Assembly: GCA_050952565.1 (NCBI GenBank)
Contig: JBMNLE010000003.1
Span: 25,112 to 89,111, forward strand
DNA: 64,000 bases
Source: Christensenellaceae bacterium
GTDB lineage: Bacteria; Bacillota; Clostridia; Christensenellales; Christensenellaceae
Direction: 5' to 3'
This document shows, piece by piece, positions 9,763 to 18,638 of this stretch (within the stretch, counting starts at the first letter, position 1; each line of letters starts with the position of its first letter). A program made the translations under genes and the position numbers. The notes below the pieces were generated by a model, which searched no databases, was not told the DNA's origin, and saw nothing but the letters and a program-made list of their open reading frames with translations.

Positions 9763-10747
9763 AAACATTGGAAAGACAGACTTAAATGCTTCTATTGTCG
9801 CGCTGGGCGCTTTCGGCTTGGGTGGCGGTAATACATGGAGTGATACCAAAGCAGATATCCGCAGCACTGCCGCGTTGCTGGATGCAGCAACAGAAGCAGG
9901 CGTAAACGTGATTGATACCGCGCCTGTCTATGGGCTGGGTACCAGTGAAGAACTCCTGGCCGCAGCATTAAAAGGAAGGCGCCAAGACTTTATTTTGCAA
10001 ACCAAATGCGGGCTCAACTGGCGAGGCACGCCGGGTATTTTTGAGTATGAGCGCGATGGAAAAACTGTGGTAAAAGATCTTTCTGCAGATGCCATTCGAA
10101 AAGATTTGGAGGATAGCCTGCGCCGATTGGAAACAGATTATCTTGATGTTCTTATCACACACCGCCAATCAGATGCTACGCCTGTGGAAGAGACCATGGG
10201 CGCGCTGATGAAATTTGTAGAAGAAGGCAAAGTCCGCGCTGTGGGCATTTCTCAGGCTTCTCCTGCTATTTTGCGTGAATATGATACGTTTGGAACGGTC
10301 GGATTGGTGCAAGAAAAATTCAGTTTACTGGATGATCATAATAAGCAAGAATATATTCCCACTTGTGAAGCCTTAGGCGTCACGTTCCAGGTTTATTCTT
10401 CTCTAGAAGCCGGTGCCTTAACCGGCCCGAAAGTGCTGGGGCGTACTTTCCCGGAAGCGGATTTCCGCAGTAAATTCATATGGTTCCAAGATGCGATGAA
10501 GCCGCATATGCTGGCCATGTATCAAAAATGGGCGCCGCTTTGTGAAAAATATAATTGCTCCTACGCCAATTTGGTGCAGGCATGGACGCTTTCCGCCTCT
10601 CCAAAAATGAATTTGCTCATTGGTATTCGCACCATTGATTCGCTGCTGGATACAGTAAAAGTGGTAGAAATTCAGTTGGAGGAAAAAGATCGGCTTCAGA
10701 TGGAAGCAGATGCAGCAGAAGTCATTGCGCAAGCAGCTACGCAATAA
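9752..10747 (+). CDS. Aldo/keto reductase
   Basis: IDTAPVYGLG, LQTKCG, SLRRLETDYLD; SD AAGGAG before ATG 9752. Confidence 0.92.
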   Translation: MIYKNIGKTDLNASIVALGAFGLGGGNTWSDTKADIRSTAALLDAATEAGVNVIDTAPVYGLGTSEELLAAALKGRRQDFILQTKCGLNWRGTPGIFEYERDGKTVVKDLSADAIRKDLEDSLRRLETDYLDVLITHRQSDATPVEETMGALMKFVEEGKVRAVGISQASPAILREYDTFGTVGLVQEKFSLLDDHNKQEYIPTCEALGVTFQVYSSLEAGALTGPKVLGRTFPEADFRSKFIWFQDAMKPHMLAMYQKWAPLCEKYNCSYANLVQAWTLSASPKMNLLIGIRTIDSLLDTVKVVEIQLEEKDRLQMEADAAEVIAQAATQ

Positions 10748-10758
10748 CGCTTATAGAT

Positions 10759-10791
10759 AAAAGCGCATATCATAAATGATATGCGCTTTTT
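10759..10791 (+). terminator. Intrinsic terminator
   Basis: AAAAGCGCATATCAT-AA-ATGATATGCGCTTTT perfect inverted repeat. Confidence 0.88.
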
Positions 10792-10939
10792 ATAAATCCG
10801 AACGTTTTTCAATTCCTACCGTTTAACCTACGGCATCATCATTGCGTAAATGCGCCAGATATGATAGCATAGCCTTAACTTAAGCGCATGTACGCATGAA
10901 TTTTCATGTTGTCATAAAGTTTTTATTTTGGAGGAAGTT

Positions 10940-13042
10940 ATGCACAAAAGCCATATCAATGTCACGAAAATCTTTGGTTCTATGGTATTTAATGATAGTG
11001 TGATGCGCGAACGCTTGCCAAAACACATCTATAGATCCCTAAAACAAACCATGGAACAGGGTGAAATGCTGGATAGCACACTTGCAGAAGTGGTCGCCAG
11101 TGCTATGAAAGATTGGGCGCTGGAAAAAGGAGCAACGCATTATACCCATTGGTTTCATCCAATGACAGGTATCACTGCCGAAAAACATGATTCATTCATT
11201 TCCCCTTTGCAAGACGGTCGTGTCATTATGGAGTTTTCCGGCAAAGAGTTATCGCGTGGCGAGTCAGATGCCAGTAGCTTCCCTTCCGGTGGTTTACGCG
11301 CCACCTTTGAAGCGCGAGGCTATACTGCATGGGACCCAACTTCCTATGCCTTTATCAAAGACAATACCTTATGCATTCCAACCATCTTTTGCTCTTACAG
11401 CGGAGAGGTTTTGGATAAGAAAACACCTTTGCTTCGCTCCATTCAAACATTAAACAATGCCTGCTTGCGTGTTTTACATTTGTTTGGGGATGATGATGTG
11501 GCGCGCGTAGAGCCTTCTGTGGGCGCTGAACAAGAATATTTTTTAATCCCCAAAGATTTGTTCAAAGAGCGCAAGGATTTGATTTTCACAGGCAGAACGC
11601 TTTTTGGCGCACGCCCGCCCAAAGGCCAAGAGTTGGATGATCATTATTTCGGGCATATCCGCGGCAAAGTACGCGCGTTTATGAAAGAACTCAATATTGA
11701 ATTATGGAAGCTGGGAATTTCAGCCAAAACAGAGCATAACGAAGCTGCGCCGGCGCAGCATGAGTTGGCACCCATTTATAATAACGCCAACATCGCTTGC
11801 GATCATAATCAGCTCACCATGGAATTGATGAAAAAAATTGCTCGTGATTTGGATATGGTTTGCTTGCTGCATGCCAAGCCTTTTGCTGGCGTCAATGGTT
11901 CAGGTAAACACAACAACTGGTCTCTACAAACCGATACCGGTGAAAATTTGCTGGAACCGGGCGATTCTCCGGTGGATAACGCGCGATTTTTGCTATTTTT
12001 ATGTGCTGTCATTAAGGCTGTGGATGAATATGGTGATTTATTGCGCGCTTCTGTGGCTTCTCCGGATAACGATCATCGTCTGGGCGCCAATGAAGCTCCG
12101 CCTGCCATCATCTCCATTTTCCTTGGCTCTGATCTTGTGGAAGTTATGGAGTCCATCGAAACAGGAAAGCCGCTGAAAAACGAAGCCGGGCGCGTCATTG
12201 AAGTAGGCGTTTCTTCACTGCCGCCGCTTCCCATTGATTCGACAGACCGTAACAGAACTTCTCCTTTTGCCTTTACCGGCAACAAGTTTGAATTCCGTGC
12301 GCTCAGCGCCGGATCTTCTATTGCAGACCCGAATATTGTGCTCAACACAATTGTTGCGGAAGAGCTTTCTCAGTTTGCAGATATTTTAGAAAGTGCGGAA
12401 GATTTCAATAAAACCTTAACCGCGCTCATTCGCGAAACATACATCAACCATAAGCGCATTATCTTTGATGGTAACAACTATTCAAAAGAATGGGAGGAAG
12501 AGGCTGCGCGCCGTGGGCTTCCAAACTTAAAAGGTGCTGTGGATGCAATTCCTGTGATGACTGCTGAAAAGAACATGCAGTTGATGCAAAAACATCATAT
12601 ATACAGCGCAGCAGAAATTGCCAGCCGCGAAGAAGTATTGATTGAAGCGTATACAAAAGCGCTCAATATCGAAGCGTTGACTGCTGTGGACATTGCTAGA
12701 ACGCAAATTTTGCCTGCTGCTCTCACCTATCAAAAAGGGTTGTTGGATGGATTGAATGCAAAAAAGGCCGTTGGCATTGCGCTGTCAACCGATGCTGAAA
12801 AAGAAATACTTTCCGTTTTGTCCGGTCATATTAATGATTTGCATAATAGAATTGGTTTATTGGAAAGTGCAATTGCGCGCGCAACTGCCAAAGATACTTC
12901 TCTTGCTGTCGCACAAGCGTTTAGCGGCGAAGTAACAGACGCCATGAACGCCCTAAGAGCAACCGCCGATGCACTGGAGACAATGGTGGATGCTGCGCTT
13001 TGGCCATTCCCTACTTACTCGGACATTCTTTATTATCTGTAA
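10940..13042 (+). CDS. glnA: Glutamine synthetase type III
   Basis: ATHYTHWFHP, AEKHDSF, DASSFPSGGLRATFEARGYTAWDP, GSGKHNNWS, DRNRTSPFAFTGNKFEFR; about 700 aa; SD GGAGG. Confidence 0.95.
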   Translation: MHKSHINVTKIFGSMVFNDSVMRERLPKHIYRSLKQTMEQGEMLDSTLAEVVASAMKDWALEKGATHYTHWFHPMTGITAEKHDSFISPLQDGRVIMEFSGKELSRGESDASSFPSGGLRATFEARGYTAWDPTSYAFIKDNTLCIPTIFCSYSGEVLDKKTPLLRSIQTLNNACLRVLHLFGDDDVARVEPSVGAEQEYFLIPKDLFKERKDLIFTGRTLFGARPPKGQELDDHYFGHIRGKVRAFMKELNIELWKLGISAKTEHNEAAPAQHELAPIYNNANIACDHNQLTMELMKKIARDLDMVCLLHAKPFAGVNGSGKHNNWSLQTDTGENLLEPGDSPVDNARFLLFLCAVIKAVDEYGDLLRASVASPDNDHRLGANEAPPAIISIFLGSDLVEVMESIETGKPLKNEAGRVIEVGVSSLPPLPIDSTDRNRTSPFAFTGNKFEFRALSAGSSIADPNIVLNTIVAEELSQFADILESAEDFNKTLTALIRETYINHKRIIFDGNNYSKEWEEEAARRGLPNLKGAVDAIPVMTAEKNMQLMQKHHIYSAAEIASREEVLIEAYTKALNIEALTAVDIARTQILPAALTYQKGLLDGLNAKKAVGIALSTDAEKEILSVLSGHINDLHNRIGLLESAIARATAKDTSLAVAQAFSGEVTDAMNALRATADALETMVDAALWPFPTYSDILYYL

Positions 13043-13054
13043 CGGGAGGTTGTA

Positions 13055-13678
13055 ATGAAAGTTTTGATGATCAACGGTAGTCCAAATAAACAGGGCAGTA
13101 CTTATACAGGGCTTTGTGAAATGCAACGCGAGTTGCATCATGCGGGCATTGAAACCGAACTCGTCTCCATTGGTTATGATGCGTTCATTGGTTGTAACGG
13201 GTGTGGGGCTTGTGTACAATTGGGGAAATGTGTGCATGACGATGATCTTGTAAACCCCTGCTTGGAAAAAATGCGCGCAGCAGATGGGCTTGTTATTGGC
13301 GGCCCTGTCCATTATGCGGGCATCAATGGCGGTTTCAAAAGTTTCTTGGATCGTTTCTTTTATGCGGGGCGCGGGGATGATGTGTTTTTGTTAAAGCCCG
13401 CGACAACAGTCGCTTCCTTGCGGCGCTCCGGTGGCATTGCCGCTTATGATGGTTTGAATCATTATCTTTCCATCAAAGGCATGATTATCGTTTCTGCAAC
13501 TTACTGGAGTGTGATCCATGGCAATCATCCGGATGAAACCATACAAGATTTAGAAGGAATGCAAATCGTGCGTAACGCGGGCCGAAATATGGCGTATGTA
13601 TTAAAGAAGCTAAAGGCTTCTCCTGAAATCAAAAAGCCTACTTTAGACAAAGGGAATACAACAAACTTTATTCGATAA
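13055..13678 (+). CDS. Flavodoxin family / iron-sulfur flavoprotein
   Basis: INGSP, CNGCGAC-x5-C cluster, GPVHY, RRSGG. Confidence 0.87.
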   Translation: MKVLMINGSPNKQGSTYTGLCEMQRELHHAGIETELVSIGYDAFIGCNGCGACVQLGKCVHDDDLVNPCLEKMRAADGLVIGGPVHYAGINGGFKSFLDRFFYAGRGDDVFLLKPATTVASLRRSGGIAAYDGLNHYLSIKGMIIVSATYWSVIHGNHPDETIQDLEGMQIVRNAGRNMAYVLKKLKASPEIKKPTLDKGNTTNFIR

Positions 13679-13684
13679 CCACGC

Positions 13685-13712
13685 AAAAAAACAGCCATAT
13701 GGCTGTTTTTTT
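13685..13712 (+). terminator. Intrinsic terminator
   Basis: AAAAAAACAGCCATATGGCTGTTTTTTT palindrome. Confidence 0.88.
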
Positions 13713-13758
13713 ATATGCCTCATTCGGTAATATCTCCCTTTTCTCGCCCCTTTTCAAA

Positions 13759-13787
13759 TTGACTTGTCAACTATTTTCGTGTATAAT
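13759..13787 (+). promoter_or_regulatory. Sigma-A promoter of the CarD-like gene; palindrome TTGACTTGTCAA overlaps -35
   Basis: TTGACT-17 bp-TATAAT. Confidence 0.85.
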
Positions 13788-13843
13788 AGAAAAGAACATA
13801 TGCGAGTATGTTTGGGGACAAATCGAAAGGCAGGTATTTTTTC

Positions 13844-14344
13844 ATGTTTCAAATTGGCGATAAAGTTTCGCATCCTAGAATTGGCGCGTGTATCGTAACA
13901 AGCATTACCGAGCAAAATTTCTTAAACGAAATCAAACAATATTATATTTTGAGTTCCATTGTGGAGCCGGATTCTGAGATTTATATTCCTGTGGAAAATG
14001 CAGAAAACATCGGCGTACGCTCGCTCATCAGCGAAGAAGAGGCAAATGCACTGCTTAGCTCTCTGCCCCGCAAACAAGAACCTTGGATTTCTGATAGCAA
14101 TGCCAGAAAAAAGAAACTCATTGAAATCAATAGTGATAACAGCGTAGATACGCTGCCCAGTTTACTTGCTGCCATTCAATCCATCTTGTTGCGCGAAACT
14201 GAAAAACCTCTTGGTAGCTCAGATAAAGAGATGCTCAACATGATGCGCAATAAAGCCTTTTCTGAAATTGCATTGGCGAAAGATTTGGAGCTAGATGATG
14301 TGATTGTACAGGCAGAACAAGTTATGTTAACTTTGGCATCATAA
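13844..14344 (+). CDS. CarD-like transcriptional regulator
   Basis: MFQIGDKVSHPRIG N-terminus, IPVENAENIGVR, W-x6-R (PWISDSNARK). Confidence 0.88.
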   Translation: MFQIGDKVSHPRIGACIVTSITEQNFLNEIKQYYILSSIVEPDSEIYIPVENAENIGVRSLISEEEANALLSSLPRKQEPWISDSNARKKKLIEINSDNSVDTLPSLLAAIQSILLRETEKPLGSSDKEMLNMMRNKAFSEIALAKDLELDDVIVQAEQVMLTLAS

Positions 14345-14376
14345 CAGAATCTTTTATATTAAAAACATCCATTTCA

Positions 14377-14817
14377 TCATTTCTGATTGATATGGATGAT
14401 TTTTTTTGTCATTTTTTCCAACATATCTACCATATATGCTTGCTCTTTTGCGTTCATATCGTTGGTGAGTATTTCTCCAAGAGATGATAATGATTGATCC
14501 ACCACAGGCATTAGCGCGTTTCCCTTTTCTGTCAACTGAATTTGGTACGCTCGCTGATCGAAACTGGAGCGCAAACGCGTCACAATACCTTTTTCTTCCA
14601 ATTTCCGAATCATTCTCGTTGTCAGCGCTTCATCCACGCAAAGCTGCCCGGAAATCTGCTTTTGGTTCAGATTCTCTCCCTGCGCAATGCACCATAAAAA
14701 AGGATATTCTCCTTGGCTAATCCCATGCGCCTGCAATGTATTGTTCATATATCTTTGTGCTTGTCGATATAAAATCGAAATATAACGATTCATTTCATTT
14801 TTTGTTTGCAATTCCAA
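14377..14817 (-). CDS. MarR family regulator
   Basis: TTG start with SD GAGGGG; wHTH ending IRKLEEKGIVTR..DQRAYQIQLTEKG. Confidence 0.9.
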   Translation of the reverse strand: MELQTKNEMNRYISILYRQAQRYMNNTLQAHGISQGEYPFLWCIAQGENLNQKQISGQLCVDEALTTRMIRKLEEKGIVTRLRSSFDQRAYQIQLTEKGNALMPVVDQSLSSLGEILTNDMNAKEQAYMVDMLEKMTKKIIHINQK

Positions 14818-14847
14818 ATCAAATTCCCCTCATGTTGTTTCGCCTAA

Positions 14848-14876
14848 AATAGCATTTCAAAATTGACTTGTCAACT
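14848..14876 (-). promoter_or_regulatory. marR promoter with the same TTGACTTGTCAA palindrome over -35
   Basis: Minus strand TTGACA-17 bp-TATTTT with extended -10 TG; palindrome at 14863-14874. Confidence 0.72.
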
Positions 14877-14926
14877 GTTTTTTCAAAATGACTGCTTTCC
14901 CCTTTGTTTTTCTCGCATCAGTAGGT

Positions 14927-14955
14927 TTGACAAATAAAACATACGCATATATCAT
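14927..14955 (+). promoter_or_regulatory. Sigma-A promoter upstream of the fucose-isomerase-like gene
   Basis: TTGACA-17 bp-TATCAT. Confidence 0.7.
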
Positions 14956-15133
14956 AAACATAATCTATGCACGATATGTATCATTCCGGCTTTCTGCTTT
15001 TTGGTCGTAAGTATGAAAGTCTCCTGCTTTTTCTATATACTATATATACAGCAATTTTCTATTTTTATGTATCCTTGCTATAAAAGCCAATATGGCTTTT
15101 ATATAAAACTTTATAAAAAGAGGGGTAATCTTC

Positions 15134-16551
15134 ATGAGCAATGTAGTAAAAATCGGTTTTGCGCCCACAAAGCGCGTTCCCTTTAACCATCCGGAAACTT
15201 TTGAAGTCCGCGATGAAATTCGTAGCGCGATTGCCGAATGGTCCCTGAATGGTGCCATTGAAATCGTTGATATTGATGATGTAACACCAAAGAATATTCT
15301 TGAAACAGAAGATGATGTCATTGCCGTTGCCGAAAAATTCAAAAAAGAAAAAGTTGATGGTATCTTCTTCCCCCATTGCAACTTTGGCTGTGAAGCTGCC
15401 GTTGCCGGTGTGGCGCGTCAATTTGATGTTCCTATTTTGTTATGGGGCCGCGAGATGAGGATCCTGAAATTGCTACAACAGCCGGCTATCAAGGGCGTAC
15501 GCGCGATACGCAGTGTGGACTCTTTGCGACGGGAAAAGCCCTGCGGCGCGTGAATGCAAAATTTACTTATATCCCCAATACCGCCATTACCGATCCCACA
15601 TTTGAGCGAGGTTATAAAGCATTTGCCGGTGTTTGCGCAGCTGTTCGTGATTTCAAAACAACGCAGGTTTTACAGATTTCCACTCGCCCTGAGCCGTTCT
15701 GGACAACCATGATCAATGAAGGTGAACTGCTGGAACGCTTCGGCATCAAAGTAATCCCCCTTTCTATTCTTGACTTACAAGCAAAAAGCCTGGCAATCAA
15801 AGAAAATGATACAGAACGCGTAAAAGCTACCATGGAGATGATTGCTGCCACAGAAACACCTGTCAATATGGAGAGTGAAGGCGTGAAAAATATGGCGGCG
15901 TATTATCTTGGTATGCTTGATTTGGCAGCAGAATATCGCTGCAACGCAGCCGCCACCACCTGCTGGGGTACTTTCACGCAGGCAATGGGCGTTGCCGCTT
16001 GCGCAATCAATGGCTTTTTGCATGACGCCGGTTTGCCTGTGGCGTGTGAAACTGATGTACACGGCATGATTACTTCGCGCATGCTGCAAGGCGCATCTCT
16101 TTATGAAAACGCCATCTTCTTTTCTGATTTGACCATTCGCCATCCTTATAATGATAACGCAGAATTGTTGTGGCACTGCGGTAATTTCCCGCCTTCTGTT
16201 GCCGGTTCCTCGCGCACTGTAGATGATGGAAAGGCGCAGTTTGAAGTGCAGAAAAAAAGAGACATTACGCTTTGCCGTTTTGACGGAGATCACGGCGAAT
16301 ATAGTATGCTCATGGGCGAAGGCGTTGGCATTGATGGCCCAAGAACGCAAGGAACGTATTCTTGGTTCGAAGTGAATGATTGGGTGGCTTGGGAAGATAA
16401 AATTGTTACAGGTCCTTATATTCATCATAGCTCCTGTACTTTCGGCAAGCATGTTCCTGTTCTTGCAGAAGCTTGCAAGTATCTGGATATTAAAGTGGAT
16501 CTTGCAGATCGTGACGAACGCGATGTTCGCTTCTTCTGGTATGGTCGTTAA
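15134..16551 (+). pseudogene. L-fucose/L-arabinose isomerase-like protein with a -1 frameshift at 15444-15447
   Basis: ORF 15134 ends ...VPILLWG in one frame; the next frame continues GPRDEDP...RDTQCGLFATGK. One extra G in the GGGG run joins them. ACETD and WHCG motifs present. Confidence 0.82.
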
Positions 16552-16579
16552 TTGCATGAAGTGATATTTTGAAAACAAT

Positions 16580-16614
16580 AAAAAAGCGTTTGCTCTTGGG
16601 CAAACGCTTTTTTT
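16580..16614. terminator. Bidirectional terminator
   Basis: AAAAAAGCGTTTGC-TCTTGG-GCAAACGCTTTTTT between convergent genes. Confidence 0.9.
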
Positions 16615-16623
16615 ATATGGCCA

Positions 16624-17166
16624 TTATTTTGCTGCACCAACATCACTAAACGCGCCTACAATGCTGCTAATACCCATGACAAACAGATAGATGGATGCCA
16701 AATATCCCACAGAGAACATAGAAGTAATGGGATTTAAGAACATCATAACGCCTAAAATAATCCCCAGTATATTTAATATTATTACAAGTGCATATTGTCC
16801 GCTGGAACAAAGCGGACGAAAAGCGCTTATATTAACCAGGCGCGCAATACAGTGCGCAATGAACCAAATGGGAATGGCAATGGAAAACGCCAATACACCA
16901 ATGTTTACATTGAACAATAAAATAATACCAGCAATAATATCTAAGATACCCATGACAAGCATAACGCCCGGCGCAAACCCACCGCGCCGCTCTAGGCGTA
17001 TAAACAGCCAAATATCCACAATACCACTGGCCACCGCCACAATACCATATGCAACCACTGCCGTCGTAAGCGCAATGCTTGGGTTTACGATTGTATAAAC
17101 GCCAAGTATAATAAATATTATACCTAAAATAAATTCACCCCAGCCAAAGCCTGATCTTTTTTTCAT
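16624..17166 (-). CDS. HdeD/DUF308 family membrane protein
   Basis: Six hydrophobic segments with repeated GI/LG helix pattern; SD AAGGAGG. Confidence 0.78.
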   Translation of the reverse strand: MKKRSGFGWGEFILGIIFIILGVYTIVNPSIALTTAVVAYGIVAVASGIVDIWLFIRLERRGGFAPGVMLVMGILDIIAGIILLFNVNIGVLAFSIAIPIWFIAHCIARLVNISAFRPLCSSGQYALVIILNILGIILGVMMFLNPITSMFSVGYLASIYLFVMGISSIVGAFSDVGAAK

Positions 17167-17257
17167 AATATAACCTCCTTAAAAAATCATATCTCTATTT
17201 ATATTCGCCATGTAATACGCAAATCCTGTATTTATTTCCCTTTTTATGAAAAAAAAT

Positions 17258-17277
17258 AAAAGAGCTTTCGCTCTCTT
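17258..17277 (-). terminator. Intrinsic terminator overlapping a stop codon
   Basis: AAGAGAGC-GAAA-GCTCTTTT on the minus strand. Confidence 0.8.
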
Positions 17278-17878
17278 ATTTTTCTATCTGCGATAATATG
17301 GTTTTTACTACGCCTTCTATGCCCAACTTCCCACTATCCAACATCATATGGTAATTCTCTTTGTCATCCCATCCTTTTCTGGAATAGGCTTTATAAAAGT
17401 TCGCCCGACGGCGATCATACTGGCGCAATGTAGCATCAACTCTCCTCGCCTCATCGCCATATTCTTCTATCGCGCGTTGCCTTCTGTATTCGTTATCTGC
17501 ATACACAAATACGTTTAGCACATCTTCTCTGGCTTGTAACATGGCACCTGCGCCACGCCCAACAAAAATACATTTTCCTTCGTTCGAAAGATCTCGAATG
17601 ATTTCGGCTTCCATTAACGTGATTTTGTCTGTGGGGCTTAGTCCATCTGTCTCTCCTGCTGTCGCGCGCCCAATGAGATAAAGTGAATATAGAAAGCTTC
17701 CCGTTGCCGTTTCTTCATAGCGCTCTAGTTGGGGCACGGTATAGCCTGTTTTTTTCGCCACCATTTCAAGAATTTCCTTTCCGTAAAAAGGAACGCCCAG
17801 CTCCTGCGAAAGCCGCTCACCAACCTCTCTGCCGCCACTGGCGTATTGCCGTTCTATGGTGATAATATTATACTGCAT
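17276..17878 (-). CDS. Cytidylate kinase-like family protein
   Basis: IITIERQYASGGREVG P-loop, VFVGRGA, NYHMMLDSG; SD GGAGGAGG. Confidence 0.88.
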   Translation of the reverse strand: MQYNIITIERQYASGGREVGERLSQELGVPFYGKEILEMVAKKTGYTVPQLERYEETATGSFLYSLYLIGRATAGETDGLSPTDKITLMEAEIIRDLSNEGKCIFVGRGAGAMLQAREDVLNVFVYADNEYRRQRAIEEYGDEARRVDATLRQYDRRRANFYKAYSRKGWDDKENYHMMLDSGKLGIEGVVKTILSQIEK

Positions 17879-18638
17879 GTGCATTTTCCTCCTCCGGCGT
17901 AAGTCTTTTATAAATGGATTGCATCTTTTTATCAATGTCCGATAATACTTCTGCACATTCTTTAAGTTCTCTCTGCAACGCCTCATTTCCTGCATGTTTT
18001 TTGGAACCTTTGTAATAAAGCTCATGCTCCAAGCTTGCCCACATATCCATCGCGATGGTTCTGATTTGTAGCTCCACGGGAACATACGTTACGTTTGTCG
18101 ATAAAAAGACGGGTACTTCTATGATGAGATGTAAGCTACGGTATCCGTTTGCTTTGGGCGATTTAATATAATCGCTTTGCTTTAAAAGATGAATATCATC
18201 TTGCGCCAATAGCATTTCGGATAACTGATAAATGTCCTCCTGATAATTGCAAATTACGCGAATGCCCGCAATATCCGTAATCTGTTCTTGCATCGCTGCA
18301 ATGCTCATAGAAACCCCTTTGCGTTGCATTTTTAGCAGAATGCTTCGTACTGATTTTAAGCGATGTTCCATGTGGTGGATCGGGTTGTGGTCATACAGCG
18401 CATGAAACTCTCCATCTAAAATCTCCAGTTTGGTATTGATTTCTTTTTGCGCAGCTTCGTAAAGATGCATGGTACGCTTGCCTTCGTAAATCATTTCCCC
18501 GATGCTCTGTTCCATATATTTTAGCAGAAGCGTATCATCGCTTTCCAACAATTGTGCCAGCAGCAAAAGATCCTGCTGAGAGAGATTGGTTGTACCGTTA
18601 GCTAGCTTGCTCAAACTGGCTATTATAGAGTTCTGCAT
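17868..18638 (-). CDS. Small alarmone synthetase (RelA/SpoT domain, GTP pyrophosphokinase); start uncertain
   Basis: HRLKSVRSI, DIAGIRVI, NGYRSLH, VELQIRT, WASLEH. Confidence 0.9.
   Translation of the reverse strand: MQNSIIASLSKLANGTTNLSQQDLLLLAQLLESDDTLLLKYMEQSIGEMIYEGKRTMHLYEAAQKEINTKLEILDGEFHALYDHNPIHHMEHRLKSVRSILLKMQRKGVSMSIAAMQEQITDIAGIRVICNYQEDIYQLSEMLLAQDDIHLLKQSDYIKSPKANGYRSLHLIIEVPVFLSTNVTYVPVELQIRTIAMDMWASLEHELYYKGSKKHAGNEALQRELKECAEVLSDIDKKMQSIYKRLTPEEENAHAV

Noticed and set aside
15775-16578. 267-aa minus-strand ORF
   Set aside because: Antisense to the isomerase-like gene; no motifs
17868-18638. Toxic SAS (toxSAS) toxin-antitoxin module
   Set aside because: Looks like a conventional RelP/RelQ-type enzyme; no antitoxin-like neighbour or mobile context
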